Source: Octopus vulgaris
Lineage: Eukaryota
Assembly (NCBI GenBank): GCA_951406725.2
Contig: OX597816.1
Coordinates: 24,428,001-24,492,000 of the forward strand
DNA: 64,000 bases
Reading direction: 5' to 3'
The notes beneath the pieces are model-generated. The model was not told where the DNA came from. It saw only the letters and a list, made by a program, of their open reading frames with translations, and made no database searches. A program made the position numbers and the translations under genes. Shown here piece after piece: positions 37,301 through 52,097 of the stretch. Each line of letters begins with the position of its first letter. The stretch's first letter is position 1.

Positions 37301-40300
37301 TTTGGAGTTCAAATTCCATCAAAGTAAACTTTGCCTTTCATCCTTTTGGGGTCAATAAATTAAGTACCAGTTGCACACTGGGGTCAATCTAATCGATGCC
37401 CCCACCCACCAAAAATTTCGGGCCTTGTGCCTAGAGTAGAAAAGAATATTTTACATCCACTGTTTTTTTCCTTTACTGAGTAGAATGGGGTTTTTGTTAT
37501 ATGAACTGTTTTTTGTTAGCGTTTTTCACAGCTGAGAGCCCTTTATACAACTAAACACTCAACAACAAAATAAGTAGTTCAATCTGTGATAAGGAAATGA
37601 GGACCCAAGCAGCAAACTGAACACTGCTCAAGTGATGCAACCAAGTAAAATTTAAATGTATGACAATGTTGCCAGTATGTGGAAGCACTCCGTCGGTTAC
37701 GACGATGAGGGTTCCGGTTGATCCGAATCAACGGAACAGCCTGCTCGTGAAATTAACGTGTAAGTGGCTGAGCACTCCACAGACACGTGCACCCTTAATG
37801 TAGTTCTCGGGGATATTCAGCGTGACACAGAGAGTGACAAGGCCGGCCCTTTGAAATACAGGTACAACAGAAACAGGAAGTAAGAGTGAGAGAAAGTTGT
37901 GGTGAAAGAGTACAGGAGGGATCACCACCATCCCCTGCCGGAGCCTCGTGGAGCTTTAGGTGTTTTCGCTCAATAAACACTCACAACGCCCGGTCTGGGA
38001 ATCGAAACCGTGATCCTATGACCGCGAGTCCGCTGCCCTAACCACTGGGCCATTGCGCCTCCAGTATAGGCCATCACCCAAAGAAAATGTATTAACAAAA
38101 GAAAAGGGAGCAGTTGTTGGAAAAAGTTTCCATGGTTATAAGAAGCAACAGACTCAAGTCGTATTACATTATTTATGTATATACAGGTACAGGTGTGGTT
38201 GTGTAGAAGAAGTTTGTTTCCCAATCACATAGTTATGAGTTCAGTCCCACAGCAAGGCACTTTGGACAAGTGTTTTCTACTATAGTCCTGGGACAACCAA
38301 AGTCTTGTGAGTGGATATGGTAGGAGAAAACTAAAAGAGGCTCACTATGTGTGCATGAGTGTGTGTGTGTGTGTGTATATATTATGGATTCTCTTGTCAT
38401 GAATGTCAAATGTGTGTTCAGTAAAATAAAGCATTAACCATTTTGTTATTGTACTTATTTTGAGATGCTCTGTGTTCCTTTCAATTACTCTTTACTCTCT
38501 TTACTTGTTTCAGTCATTTGACTGTGGCCATACTGGAGCACCGCCTTCGACCCCGGGACTTATTCTTTTGTAAGCCCAGTACTTATTCTATCGGTCTCTT
38601 TTGCCGAACCGCTAAGTGACGGGGACGTAAACACACCAGCATCGGTTGTCATGCAATGCTAGGGGGCCAAACACAGACACACAAACACACACATACATAT
38701 ACATATATACGACAGGCTTCTTTCAGTTTCCGTCTACCAAATCCACTCACAAGGCATTAGTCGGCCTGGGGCTATAGCTGAAGACACTTGCCCAAGATGC
38801 CACACAGTGGGACTGAACCCGGAACCATGTGGTTGGTTAGCAAGCTACTTACCACACAGCCACTCCTGCGCCTTTAAATATAACAAAGAATTTAGTAAAA
38901 TAACTTAGTTATCATTCAGTCAATGTTAGGAATATAAATTGTGATTAAGGTTTGGTGGAAGATTTTAATTCAAAACTTATGAAAACAAGACATTTGTACT
39001 CAGAGCCAGAGCCAGTTTCAGCCCAGTTGGTAACAAAATGGTTGATCATGTACTGTGGACACAAGTGTGTCCCTTGAGGCCTGCTGGTGCCTTGCAAACC
39101 TTTTGGTAAATGGTGCAAGTTGAGGACTCAGTTTGCTTGAGTTCTTGTGAATCATTTGCTATGTGTTTTCTTGAGTGGACAGCAAGACCTACTTTACTTT
39201 GTGCCCCAAAACCACAATGACAGGTAAGGTTTCCATATACCGTTAATCCTCGAGTATAAATAATCTGCATTTTTTTCCCAAAATTTAAAGGTCAAAATCC
39301 CTAGTGCGTACTATATACGAGGTTAAAAATGAAAATTATTTTCTAAGCAATGTCCAAGTCTCTATTTGCTGTCTGGCAATGTTTATTCAGATGCATTTTG
39401 TGATGTCAGGCTCAAAAATACCTTAAATCATCTATAACTTGCAGTAAGCAACATTTATTAAATGTTATTACAGTTATTTCTTTATTTTCTGCAAACAAAA
39501 TGCACAAAAAAGCTACACGTTTGCATTGTTATATATACAATAATAATAAAGGACGTTACCCTATACATTTTTACAACCCAAGGACGTTATTTAGACCTCT
39601 TTTACTCAAGTTAGAGAAGGGGTGTGTATTATACACAAGGTTTAGGTTTTACAGAGGTACAGCCTCCTAAAAATCCCCTGCGTATTATACTTGAAGATTT
39701 ATGGTATATATGTAGGGAATCAGTTGTGTTTGTCTCCACCATTGCTTGACAAGTGGTGCAGGTTTATGTCAAGAGACCAATAGAATAAGAATCAGATTTA
39801 TAAAAAAAAAACATGGTAGATGGAAACTGTGTGGAAGCCCAGTGCATGTATGTATATGTGTGTGTCTTTGTGTGTGTGTTGTGTTTGTCTCCCCCACCAC
39901 TTGACAGTTATTGTTGGTTTGTTTATGTCCCCATAACTTAGTAGGTCTGACAGAATAAGCACCAGACTTTAAAAAAAATATACTGGAGTTGATTTGTTCA
40001 ATTAAATCCTTCAAGGAAGTGCCCCAGCATAGCCACAGTCCAATGAATAAAACAAATAAAAGACAGAAGATAACAGTTCACAAATTTAAAAAAAAAAAAA
40101 AAAAAGATTCTTCATCAACTTACCCAACATCTGTGTCGACGTAATCAGTGCTCAGCGAATGAAGATTTAGAGTAGTTTTCCGTGTGTAAGAAAGCAGTAC
40201 ATCCAGCATTGTTTGGCGTTGAGTTGTTGGCCAAGCTTCTAAGCTAACAACTGGTGTATCTAATGAATACTCTTTCATTTTCCTAAATCAAAAGATAAAA

Positions 40301-43300
40301 AATTTATTTGTTATTAGTGGATGAAGCACTATTAGTCCAAACTATATTTAAAGCATATATACTGTTGAAAGCCTTCTAAACTGTGGTATTCATCTCGAGA
40401 AAGCATCATCATCGTTAATGTCCACCTTCCATGCTGGTATGGGTTGGACGGTTTGACAGGAGCCAACCAGGCAGGAGCCTGCACCAGACTTGGGTCTCTT
40501 TTGGTAGGGTTTTTACAGATGGATGTCCTTCCTAACACCAACTGCCCAGCAGAGTAAACTGAATGCTTTTTATGTGACGCAAGGTTTTTACAGCTGGATG
40601 CCCTTCCAAATGCCAACCTCTTTACAGTGTGGACTGGATGTTTTCTTTTTTTTTATGTGGCATCTGCATAGGCAGCGTCATCAAGTAACTTGCAACCTTT
40701 GAGAGGGGAGGGGCATTGGAGGAGGTGACCTTGTGTCCAATGGTGAAAAGTTATAGTGAGACAGAGAGACGGACATCTTGAGATAAATACCAGAGTTTAG
40801 AAGGCTTTCAATAGTATGCTTTAAGTATGATGTATAGATTTCTATACAAGATCTTATATGGACCCAGGTTGAGAATGACTGATCATCATCATCATTTAGC
40901 GTCCGTTTTCCTGCATCAGGCCCAGTCTGATCTGGCAGTGTTTCTACGGCTGGATGCCCTTCCTAACGCCAACCACTCCGCGAGTGTAGTGGGTGCTTTT
41001 TACGTGCCACCCGCACAGGTGCCAGACGGAGCTGGCAACCGGCCATGAACGGATAGTGCTTTTACGTGCCACCGGCACGGGGGCCAGGCGAGGCTGGCAA
41101 TGGCCACGAACGGATGGTGCTTTTACGTGCCACCGGCACGGAGGCCAGGCGAGGCTGGCAACGGACTCTATGTGAATTTGGGTTTTCTTCCTCCTATTCT
41201 CTGTTTAGTGGTTTGCAGTATTTGATTTCAACTTCAACAATCATATCTCTTTGCCCATTATCACATTGAGCTTTTCTCTACAGCAACCAAATCAACCCTT
41301 AATTGTGCTCTGAAGTCTTATTAAAAAACAGAAAAGGATGCATCAGATAATTGTAGTCCTTGATAGACAATGCATGAAAATAAGACAAGGTGGTCCTAGA
41401 ACACTTTTGACCATAGATCTTCTCATTGAGGACTGATCAGAATGTGTGTGTGTGTGTGTGTGTGTGTTGCTGTGTGTGTTGGAGTATGTATGTATATGTT
41501 GCTATGTGTGTTGGAATATGTGTGTATATGTTGGTGTGTGTGTGTGCATGTGATGGTGTGTGTGTGTGTTGGAGTATGTGTGTATATGTTGATGTGTGTG
41601 TGTGTGTTGGAGTATGTGTATATATGTTGATGTGTGTGTGTTGGTGTGTGTGTGTTGGAGTATGTGTGTATATGTTGACATGTGTGTGTGTTGGTGTGTG
41701 TGTGTTGGAGTGTGTGTGTTGCTGTGTGTGTTAGAGTATGCATGTATATGTTGGTGTGTGTGTGTGTGTGTGTTGGAGTGTGTATATGTTAGTGTGTGTG
41801 TGTGTGTGTATGAGATGCAATAAAAACATCAGCAGCAGTGTTAAGCTGCCATCACCACAACTATTATCCTTGCCATTAACCTTCAATAAAGGTAACCATC
41901 ATAATCATCGTTATTGCCCTTTATTGCTGTAATTATTATTATTATTATTATTATTATTATCACCTTTCACTACATTTCTAGCTCTGTCATCACTCCACCC
42001 CCACCCCCCACTACCACCACCCTCACACGGAAACCAGTTATCTTCCTCCCCCAACCCCACCCCAATCTGTCTCATGCATGTCATCAATTTCCCAATAAAT
42101 TTATCTCCTCCTTTTCCTCCTCATCATCATATCATTATTTGTCGTCATCATCATCATCAGCACTACCACCACCACCACCACCACCACCATCATCATCACC
42201 ATCATCATTAACCCATTCCATTATAGCATGTGTGCTTTGCTTGAACATCCAACAGTTTTCCTAAACATTGACATTTATCATCATCATTATCATCATCGTC
42301 ATCATCATTATTATTCCGATGAAGCGAAGAATAAGAAGAAAAAAAAAATCAAAGAAGGTGAAGGAGCGAAATCAAAGGGAATAACAAACGTAAACGAATG
42401 AATGAAAAAGAAATTCTTTACTTGACGGTGTACGACGCTTTCTGTGGAACTATTTGCCAAATTTCGATGGTTTTGTGGTCTGTACCCGTAGCAAACATGG
42501 TGGCTTTGACATCATAAAAACACATACAATTGATGGAAGACTCACTCAGCTGAAATCAATAAAAAGCAACAAAATTAAACTTGAATATTATGTTATTGAC
42601 AGCAACCTAATCTTCAATGTCAAAATAGAATTCAGGACACAGAAGCCATAAAATAAAACACTCCCATTTTGGAAGGAAGGAAGGTGGTTGGTTTCCGTTT
42701 AGTTTTGTTTTTGTTTGTTTGGTAGGGGGGGGGGGGGGTTCCTCCTTTCCTCCACCCACTCCAACCCCACCTTGTTCTCAGAATATTTTTTACTTGAAAA
42801 TATCTTTTATCAATTTCTTTCCTCATAAATGCTTGGCAAACAGAGCTAAAAACAGGTTCCAGGCTCTTGTTTTGTGTAATATTTTGTGTGGTTTGTAAAC
42901 AGGAGTGGCTGTGTGGTAAGTAGCTTGCTTACGAACCACATGGTTCTGGGTTCAGTCCCACTGCGTGGCACCTTGGGCAAGTGTCTTCTACTATAGCCTC
43001 GGGCTGACCAAATCCTTGTGAGTGGATTTGGTAGACGGAAACTGAAAGAAGCCTGTTGTATATATGTATATATGTGTGTGTGTGTGTGTGTGTATGTTTG
43101 TGTCTGTGTTTGTGTCTGTGTTTGTCTCCCCTAACATTGCTTGACAACCGATGCTGATGTGTTTACGTCCCCGTAACTTAGCAGTTCGGCAAAAGAGACC
43201 GATGGAATAAGTACTAGGCTTACAAAGAATAAGTGCTGGGGTCGATTTGCTCAACTAAAGCATGGCTCCAGTCACATGACTGAAACAAGTAAAAGAGTAA

Positions 43301-46300
43301 AAAGAGAGAACAGACAAACCAGCTTTAAAAGAAAAGAAAAAATACTGTTTCCCAACCATGTCATCTCAGGTTCAATCTCATTATGTGGCACCTTGGGCAA
43401 GTGTATTCTATTCTATCATCAAGTTGAACAAAGCATCATAAGTGCATTTGGTACATGGAAACTGAAAGAAGCCTCTTGCATTCTTGATTTGAATCCATAA
43501 TGTATAAAGATGCAGTGAGTATTTTTTTTTTTCAGTATGTATTAAGCTATATAACTAAGCATTGTTTTAGTGATTCCACTGACGAACTATGGATGACAAA
43601 TTAATTTATTTGCTCATTAATAGAGAAACTCAAGTATGGGATTTCCATTCATTTTTGTGCCTTTATCAGCATTCCTCTAGAATTATTTATTTCATGGTTT
43701 GGATTTAACTGCCCTTTTTAGCATGTAAGAAGTCTTGTTATGGGTCTTCTCTCTCTTTTACTCTTTTACCTGTTTCAGTCATTTGACTGCAGCCATGCTG
43801 GAGCACCGCCTTTAGTCGAGCAAATCAACCCCAGGACTTATTCTTTGTAAGCCTAGTACTTATTCTATCAGTCTCTTTTGCCGAACCGCTAAGTTACGGG
43901 GACGTAAACACTCCAACGTCGGTTGTCAAGTGATGTTGGGGGACAACATATATACGACGGGCTTCTTCCAGTTTCCATCTACCAAATCCACTCACAAGGC
44001 TATAGTAGAAGACACTTGCCCAAGGTGCCAAACAGTGGGACTGAACCGAGAACCATGTGGTTGCGAAGTAAGCTACTTACCACATATACATATATATATA
44101 TATATATATATATGCCAGAAACTAAAAGAAGCCATATAAAAATCACCGACACAGGAACTTTTTATGTGGCACCAAAGTATTTTACCTATTTCTTATCCAC
44201 TGCATCAATCAATCAATCGCACTATTGGTTTATTGATAAACAGCACCAGGTTAATATGAACTTATCATTATTCCATAAAGCACACACTTATATGTAAGTA
44301 CTAAAGAGAAAAGAAAAGAAAGAAAACAGCAGTTGTTTGCTCACCTTAAGAGTTGTGATGCACTTTGGGCGAGTCAAATTGGAAGCATTCCAAAATTTCA
44401 CAGTTCCATCCCTGAAATAGCATAAAGGAAATTTTAATAGAGCACATGTATTTGAGAAGTCCAAGGACAAACTAATTTATGTTAATACAGAAGAATGCTG
44501 TTGTTGTTCTGCTCAAAGTCAGCTCTAATTGAGCATTCTAATAATTACAATTATTTATATATATATATATATATATCATCATCATCACCATTTAACGTCC
44601 GCTTTCCATGCTAGCATGGGTTGGATGGTTCGACTGGGCTCTGGGAAGCCAGGAGGCTGCACCAGGCTCCAGTCTGTTCTGGCAGTGTTTCTACAGCTGG
44701 ATACCCTTCCTAACGCCAATCACTCCATGGTGCTTTTTATGTGCCACCATAATAAGATAAGAAAATAGAGAGGTAATTAATAAATTATTATTCATTAATT
44801 AAAAAATTGACAAATAAATAATAATCTAATAATTACTTCTCTATTTTCTCATCTTATTATAATAATAAATAAATATATATAAACCATGGTTTATATAATT
44901 ATCTTGCAGTTGAGTATTAATGTTCAACATTCTTTGTATGGATAATTAACCAGTACTTTCATAGGATTTTGCTATCCCTGAATGCAGTTTGTAATCTTTA
45001 TTTGCCCTTCTATATATATATATATATTGTTGTGTCTGGGGAGTCATTTTCTTTTTGTGCCTTATAATTTAACACACTCACCGGTAAAATTTCTACTTAT
45101 TTCTTATTTTTATTTTCCTAAAATTTTCGTTGCGTCTTGCAACCTTTTCAGTAGTCTTGACTCTGAGCTTCAAATTAAACAAACACAACACACACATTCA
45201 CACTTACTTGCTCACTCACTCTCTCTTTCTCTGTATATATATGTGTGTGTGTGTTTATGTGTAACCCTTGTCTTGACATCATTTGATGGTTATAAATGAG
45301 CAACAGCATCATAGAAGCAATGTTGTTCATTTCCAGTTTTCTAAGAGAAACGTATCTCATAATGGGAAAATAACTTCCATGTTTGGAGACAAATGAGGGT
45401 TAGTGACATGAAAGGCATCTGGCCATAGAAAATCTGCCTCAATAAATTCCCTCCAATCCATGCAAGTCAAAACAATAATGAACAATGATGATGTACATTT
45501 TTATGTGGGGTTTGAGTGTAAAGTAGAGACTGACTATCTCCCTTGGGGCTCATAATGTTAATACATTACTATACTATCAACACCACATTTCAGTTAAAGC
45601 CTCATGCCAAAAAAATGTATTTTTTTTATTTACCTTTAGCATGCTCTGGCACATCATGGTGGGGTATGAGTTTTCTCCCCTGTAGTTGCATGTGCATTGT
45701 GTAGCAATGAGAGGGGAGAAAACTTGTACAGCAACATGCCACATCTAATGCATGTTAAAGGTCAATATGTGGAGGCACAATGGCCCAGTGGTTAGGGCAG
45801 TGAACTCGTGGTCTGAGGCTCGCGGTTTCAATTCCCATATTAGGCGTTGTGTGTGTTTATTGAGCGAAAATACCTAAAGCTCCATGAGGCTCCTGCAGGG
45901 GGTGATGGCAACCCCTGTTGTACTCTTTCCCCACCAACTTTCTCTCACTTTCTTTCTGTTTCTTGAGTAACGCTGCGATGGACTGGCATCCCGTCCACCT
46001 GGGGGGAACACATATGCCATAGAAACCGGCAAACCGGGCCCATGAGCCTGGCTAGGCTTGAAAAGGGCGCATAAATAAAAAAAGGTCAATATGAAATTCA
46101 ATGGTTAAGACTTACCTGCTAGATGTGATGACCGTATCAGTAATAGGGGAATAAATGATTCCAGTTATTGGTCCATCATGGCCATCATCATTTGTGACTT
46201 TATCAGAACCAGAAGGAACTGACCAAATGCGGAGAGAACCATCTTTTGAACAAGAACATATTACACCTTTATTGGTACAAGACACACCTAGAACCTGGTC

Positions 46301-47709
46301 ACAGTGACCTTTAAGACAGAAGTTTTCTTTGAGCTGTGAGAGAAAGCAAAATGTTATAATCAGACATATATAAATAAATTATGATTTTGATAAGACATAG
46401 TGATAATAATAGTTGCAAATTTTTCCACAAGGGCAGCAATTTTGAGAAAGGGATGTGTTAATTGTATCAACCCCAGTGTTCAACTGGTACTTAATTTATT
46501 GACCCTGAAAGGATAACAGGTAAAGTTGAACTCGGCAGAATTTGAACTCCAAATGTAGTGACAAACAAAATACCTATTTCTATTTCACCCACAAGGGGCT
46601 AAACATAGAGGGGACAAACAAGGACAGACAAAGGTATTAAGTCGATTTCATCGACCTTGAAAGGATGAAGGCAAAGTCGACCTCGACGAAATTTGAACTC
46701 AGAACGTAACGGCTGATGAAATACCACTAAGCATTTCGTCAGGAACACAAATAATTCTGGTAGCTCACTACCTTAGACACAGCAATAATAATAACAACCA
46801 GTCACTAGAACTCAATATACTTATGCCTTAGAATAAAGCATTAGATGAATCAGAGCATAATATAAAAAAACTGGCACTCTGTCGGTTACGTCAATGAGGG
46901 TTCCAGTTGATCTGATCAACGAAACAGCATGCACTGGAAATTAACTTGCAAGTGGCTGAGCACTCCATAGATATGCGTACCCTTAATGTAGTTCTCAGAA
47001 AGATTCAGGATGACACAGCGTGTGACAAGGCTGGCCCTTTAAAACACAAGTACTACTCACTTTTGCCAGCTGAGTGGACTAGAATAACGTGAAATTAAGT
47101 GTCTTGCTAAAGGACACAACACGTCACTGGGAATTGAACTCACAACCTTACGATCACGAGCCGAATACCCTAACCACTAAGTCACATGCCTTCACAGAGA
47201 ATAATACAAATTATTGAACAACACAGGAACAGAAATTATCTCAATTTATGTCACTTTCATAAGCTTACAGCTGTTTCTGTTATAAGAAGCAGTGCACTCA
47301 AGCTGTACTACATTTATATAAAAACTAGCTGTCAGTAATGATGGCTACTTGTAGTATTTTATATATAAATAAGATACATAATAATCACACATACAAACAT
47401 TCACATACTTCCCTTGTACACGCACACATGTACACACATATACTCACACAGAGTTGAAACACTGATTTTTTTCTCTCCTTCCTTCCTTATTCATCTATCA
47501 CCCCTTCCTTTCTCTCATTACTATTACTTTCTCTCACTCCCTGTCAGTCAGGGCAATTACTCTCACTACTTCTCCTTCACTGAATTACTATTTTCTTTCC
47601 TCCTCTGCATCTGGCATGACTCTGGACAAATATATATATGTACAAATATATAAAAACACTACGCTCATTATTATATTAGGATAAATATATATATATATAT
47701 ATATATATC

Positions 47710-47740
<31 letters not shown>

Positions 47741-48106
47741 TTCCAAAGGTAATAATTCTTATGTATTTAAATGCTTTCTGAAATAAACATACACTTCATT
47801 TTATAGCAGAAAAATCATAAGCTAATGAAGTTGATGATGTAATTTTTCTCCCCTTGTCATACATTACATACATACAAACATACATATATTGGTTTCAAAT
47901 TTGGCACAAGGCTAGTTTTTGAACAGAAGGCAATTACACAGAGAGCTGGTACTTATACACACACACACACACATACATATATATAGAGAGAGGTTATGAG
48001 AAGTAATGGTGTCATTGAGACCCAAAGGTGTCAGAAATTCTGAACGGACAGGACATTCGAAGCCTTCAATCTTCAGTCAAGAACCGGATCATCCTAGCAA
48101 TTTCGG

Positions 48107-48144
<38 letters not shown>

Positions 48145-51100
48145 CACACACACATATATATATTAACATTTGTTTTTATGCCACATTATATGTAAGAACA
48201 ATTTAACATTAAACTTATAATGTATGTACATATGCATGTATGTATGTATGCATATATGTATTAATGTATGTATAGACAGAGGGCGTTAATCAGATATGAA
48301 AGAGAAGAACTGTGAAATGGAAAATAAAGAATCAGTCAGTATATGGAATATATTTGGAATGGCAGAGATTGTCTACTGTCCAAGATGACAGGATGAGAGT
48401 CTATTGAATAAATAGGAGACAAAATGGCAGGGCTGAGATAAGTGTTTCATTAATTTGAGGACATGAATACAAAAGCTTAACGTAGGCCTTGTCAATTCAA
48501 TGAGAAACCTCTGAAGTACCTCTTAACCTTTCGACATGGATAAAGCAGAATGCTAATTGAGAGTATTGGATTGACAGAATTATTATAGCATCAGACAGGA
48601 TGCCTTGTGGTGATAGCTATAATCCTTTGTATTTTGGGTTCTTCGGTGGCAGATTTAATTTAGTAGACTTATCAGGCTTCAATAATTGCTGCATCACTGA
48701 GAAAAATCGTAAATGGCCCTTAAGGAGCAAAATGCTCAGTAAGAAATTGCAGAAATGTCTTTCTTGAACTTGAGAGACTGCCATTACAATATATGTATGT
48801 ATGATAGCATACTCTTTACTCTTTTACTTGTTTCAGTCATTTGACTGTGGCCATGCTGGAGCACCACCTTTAGTCGAGCAAATCGACCCCGAGACTTATT
48901 CTTTGTGGGTCTAGTACTTATTCTATCGGTCACTGTTGCCGAACTGCTAAGTTACGGGGACGTAAGCACACCAGCATCGGTTGTCAAGCGATGTTGGGGG
49001 TACAAACACACACACAAACATATACACACACATACATACATATATATATATACATATATACGATGGGCTTCTTTCAGTTTCTGTCTACCAAATCCACTCA
49101 CAAGGCTTTGGTCGGCCCGAGGCTATAGTAGAAGACACTTGCCCAAGGTGCCATGCAGTGGGACTGAACCGGGAGCTATGTGGTTCGTAAGCAAGCAACT
49201 TACCACACAGCCACTCCTATGCTCATGAGTGACTGCTGGATCTACTGTACTGTGTGGTACTGCCATAGACCTTCCTTTTTTAATACTACCACCAAATGCT
49301 ATCTCTTTTTTGATTGATTCATTCCAAGCTACATATTGATTGGAATAACAACAAATTACTAACCTGCAAACAAGCAAATAAAATATATTCCTTCTTAATT
49401 AACACAACTGTAGTTAATTAAAGATTACAGTGTTAATTAAGAATGCATTACAACAGACATACAAATGAAAATAAAACGAAACAAATGTTGTTGCACAAAG
49501 GAATGATGTCCACTTACAGTTAGGGGCTCCCATATGTTCACAAAACCATCATCACTACATGTTGCCAAGGTAACAGATCTCTCCTTTCTCAGACTGGTCG
49601 TTTTCTTTTTAGCTACAACATTTGCCCATGTTTTTCGTGCTGATCAAAATGGAAATGATTCCAGAATGCAAAAAAAAAGATCAATTATAAAATAAAATAT
49701 ATATATCAGAGGAATGTATATATGTATATATATGAATATATACGAAGAAAGACAGAGAGAGAGGCAGATATATAGACACACATATATACACACATACTTA
49801 GATATACATATATATATATATATATATATCTCAAAATAAGTAACAAGGATATCCAGAAGTAATGTTGCTTATTTTGATTATAACCTCTTTATTTTAAATT
49901 ATATGGATAATACCATACTAAATTCTGGTGCCTTCAGCTTAAGTACCATATTCATCTGAATCAAAATTTTACTCAACTTATATAATATATATCATCATTA
50001 TCACCATCATCGTTTAGCATCCATTTTCCATGCTAGCATGAGTTGGACAGTTTGACTGGGATCTGGGAAGCCAGGAGGCTGCAACAGGCTCCAGTCTGAT
50101 CTGGCAGTATTTCTACAGCTGGATTGCCCTTCCTAATGCCAACCACTCTGTGAGTGTAGTGGGTGCTTTTTACATGCCACTGGCACAGGTGCCAGGCGAG
50201 GCTGGAAATGGCTATGATTGGTTGGTGCTTTTTATGTGCCACCGGCACAGAAGCCAGTCAAGGCAGCGCTGGCATTGGCCACATTCGGATGGTGCTTTTT
50301 ACATGCCACCAGCACAGGTATCACAACTATAATTTCCATTTGATTTTTTGATGTTGATGTACTTGACTCAATAGGTCTCTTCAAGCACAGCAGGTCTCCT
50401 GATATATATTAAAATAAAAACAATGATGATGTACATAAGGACGCATGGCCTAGTGGTTAGAGGTTTGCACTCATGACCATGAAATCATGGGTTCAATTCC
50501 TAGACCAGGTGACACGTGTTCTTGAGCAAAACACCTCATCTCACATTATTCTGCAATCGCTTCAACAACATGTGACACACCATGAACCTGTTCAGGTAAT
50601 GTCGCTCTGATGGAGGGAATGTTTGATCATTACAGACAAATCATCTGTAAACACTGCTCAGTAAGAAACTGCAGAAACGTCTTTCTTGAACCAGACTTCA
50701 TTGAAACTAGAAGACTATATTTCTAAACAGTCCATAAAGATAAATTTTTCTAACAAGGCATTGACATCAGTGTTAATGAAGTATCTTAAAAGGGTTCATC
50801 TAATAAAAGAGAGTTAAATAGTGCAAAAATTTATAACCTTATGAAAATAAACTGTCTTAAAAAAAAAACTAACCTTCAGTTAAATCAACGTCTTCATTTT
50901 GTAATCGCATATCGCAATCATTAACTCGATTACTATGGCCAAAGAGGGTGGTCACTTCAAATCCTTTATCTGACCAGATTTTGACAGAGCCATCAGAACA
51001 GGCTGAGGTAACACATTGCTTCTGTAAAATAGAAAATGACGTGTGTATATATATATATATAAATATATATATGAGCAAAAGGCCCCACCACTACATCCAA

Positions 51101-51656
51101 TGGACGGCGCTGAGTTGTCAAACATTTAAACCAAATCTTCTCAAAATAACTTGTCCAACTGTCCCTTTGAGAAACACTGATTTAACCTAAATTGGAGACA
51201 CCAACAAAAGAAGAAATAAAGATAGCAACAGGTGATGTACTTGCACGTACAAATGCACGTTCCCACGGCTTTATTGATCGCATTCTCACCTGGAACTGAT
51301 TTTTGTAATTTTTTCAAGACTTATACAAGCCCTGATACCGTCGGTATCTACATATCAAATTTGAGCGCAATCGGATGGAGGATACCTAAGATCCTAGAAG
51401 ACACACACACAGACAGACAGATTGGATTTTATATAATAGATATATATATAAGTCAGTAAATGGCGGGGTTGTGTTAATCACACATGGGGAAATGATAGGA
51501 AAAGCAAAAATAATACTAATAAGGCAGAATGCTCAACTGAAAGCAAATTTTAATATAAATGGGTATTAGATTTCCTTTTTTAATCTTTCTTACACCCATT
51601 TATATTAAAATTTGCTTTCAGTTTAGCATTCTGTCTTATTATTATATTTTTCCTTT

Positions 51657-51740
<84 letters not shown>

Positions 51741-52063
51741 GCATACATGTTTGTATCTATGTGTGTGTGTGTGTATGTATGTGTGCATACATGTTTGTAT
51801 CTATCTATGTGTGTGTGTGTGTGTGTATGTATGTGAGCATACATGTTTGTATCTATCTATGTGTGTGTGTGTGTATGTATGTGTGCATACATGTTTGTAT
51901 CTGTGTGTGTGTATGTATGAGTGCATACATGTTTGTATCTATGTGTGTGTGTGTGTATGTGTGCATACATGTTTGTATCTATGTGTGTGTGTGTATGTAT
52001 GTGTGCATACATGTTTGTATCTATGTGTGTGTGTGTATGTATGTGTGCATACATGTTTGTATC

Positions 52064-52097
<34 letters not shown>

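Noticed and set aside
37985-38062. tRNA-like sequences here and at other SINE heads (e.g. 50438-50510, 56130-56200)
   Set aside because: They continue into SINE bodies and lack proper acceptor stems; not tRNA genes. No vault RNA gene could be identified either.
39046-39270. C2H2 zinc-finger gene of the cephalopod expansion
   Set aside because: Only two degenerate fingers, no TGEKP linkers, wedged between MITEs; fits a LINE tail better
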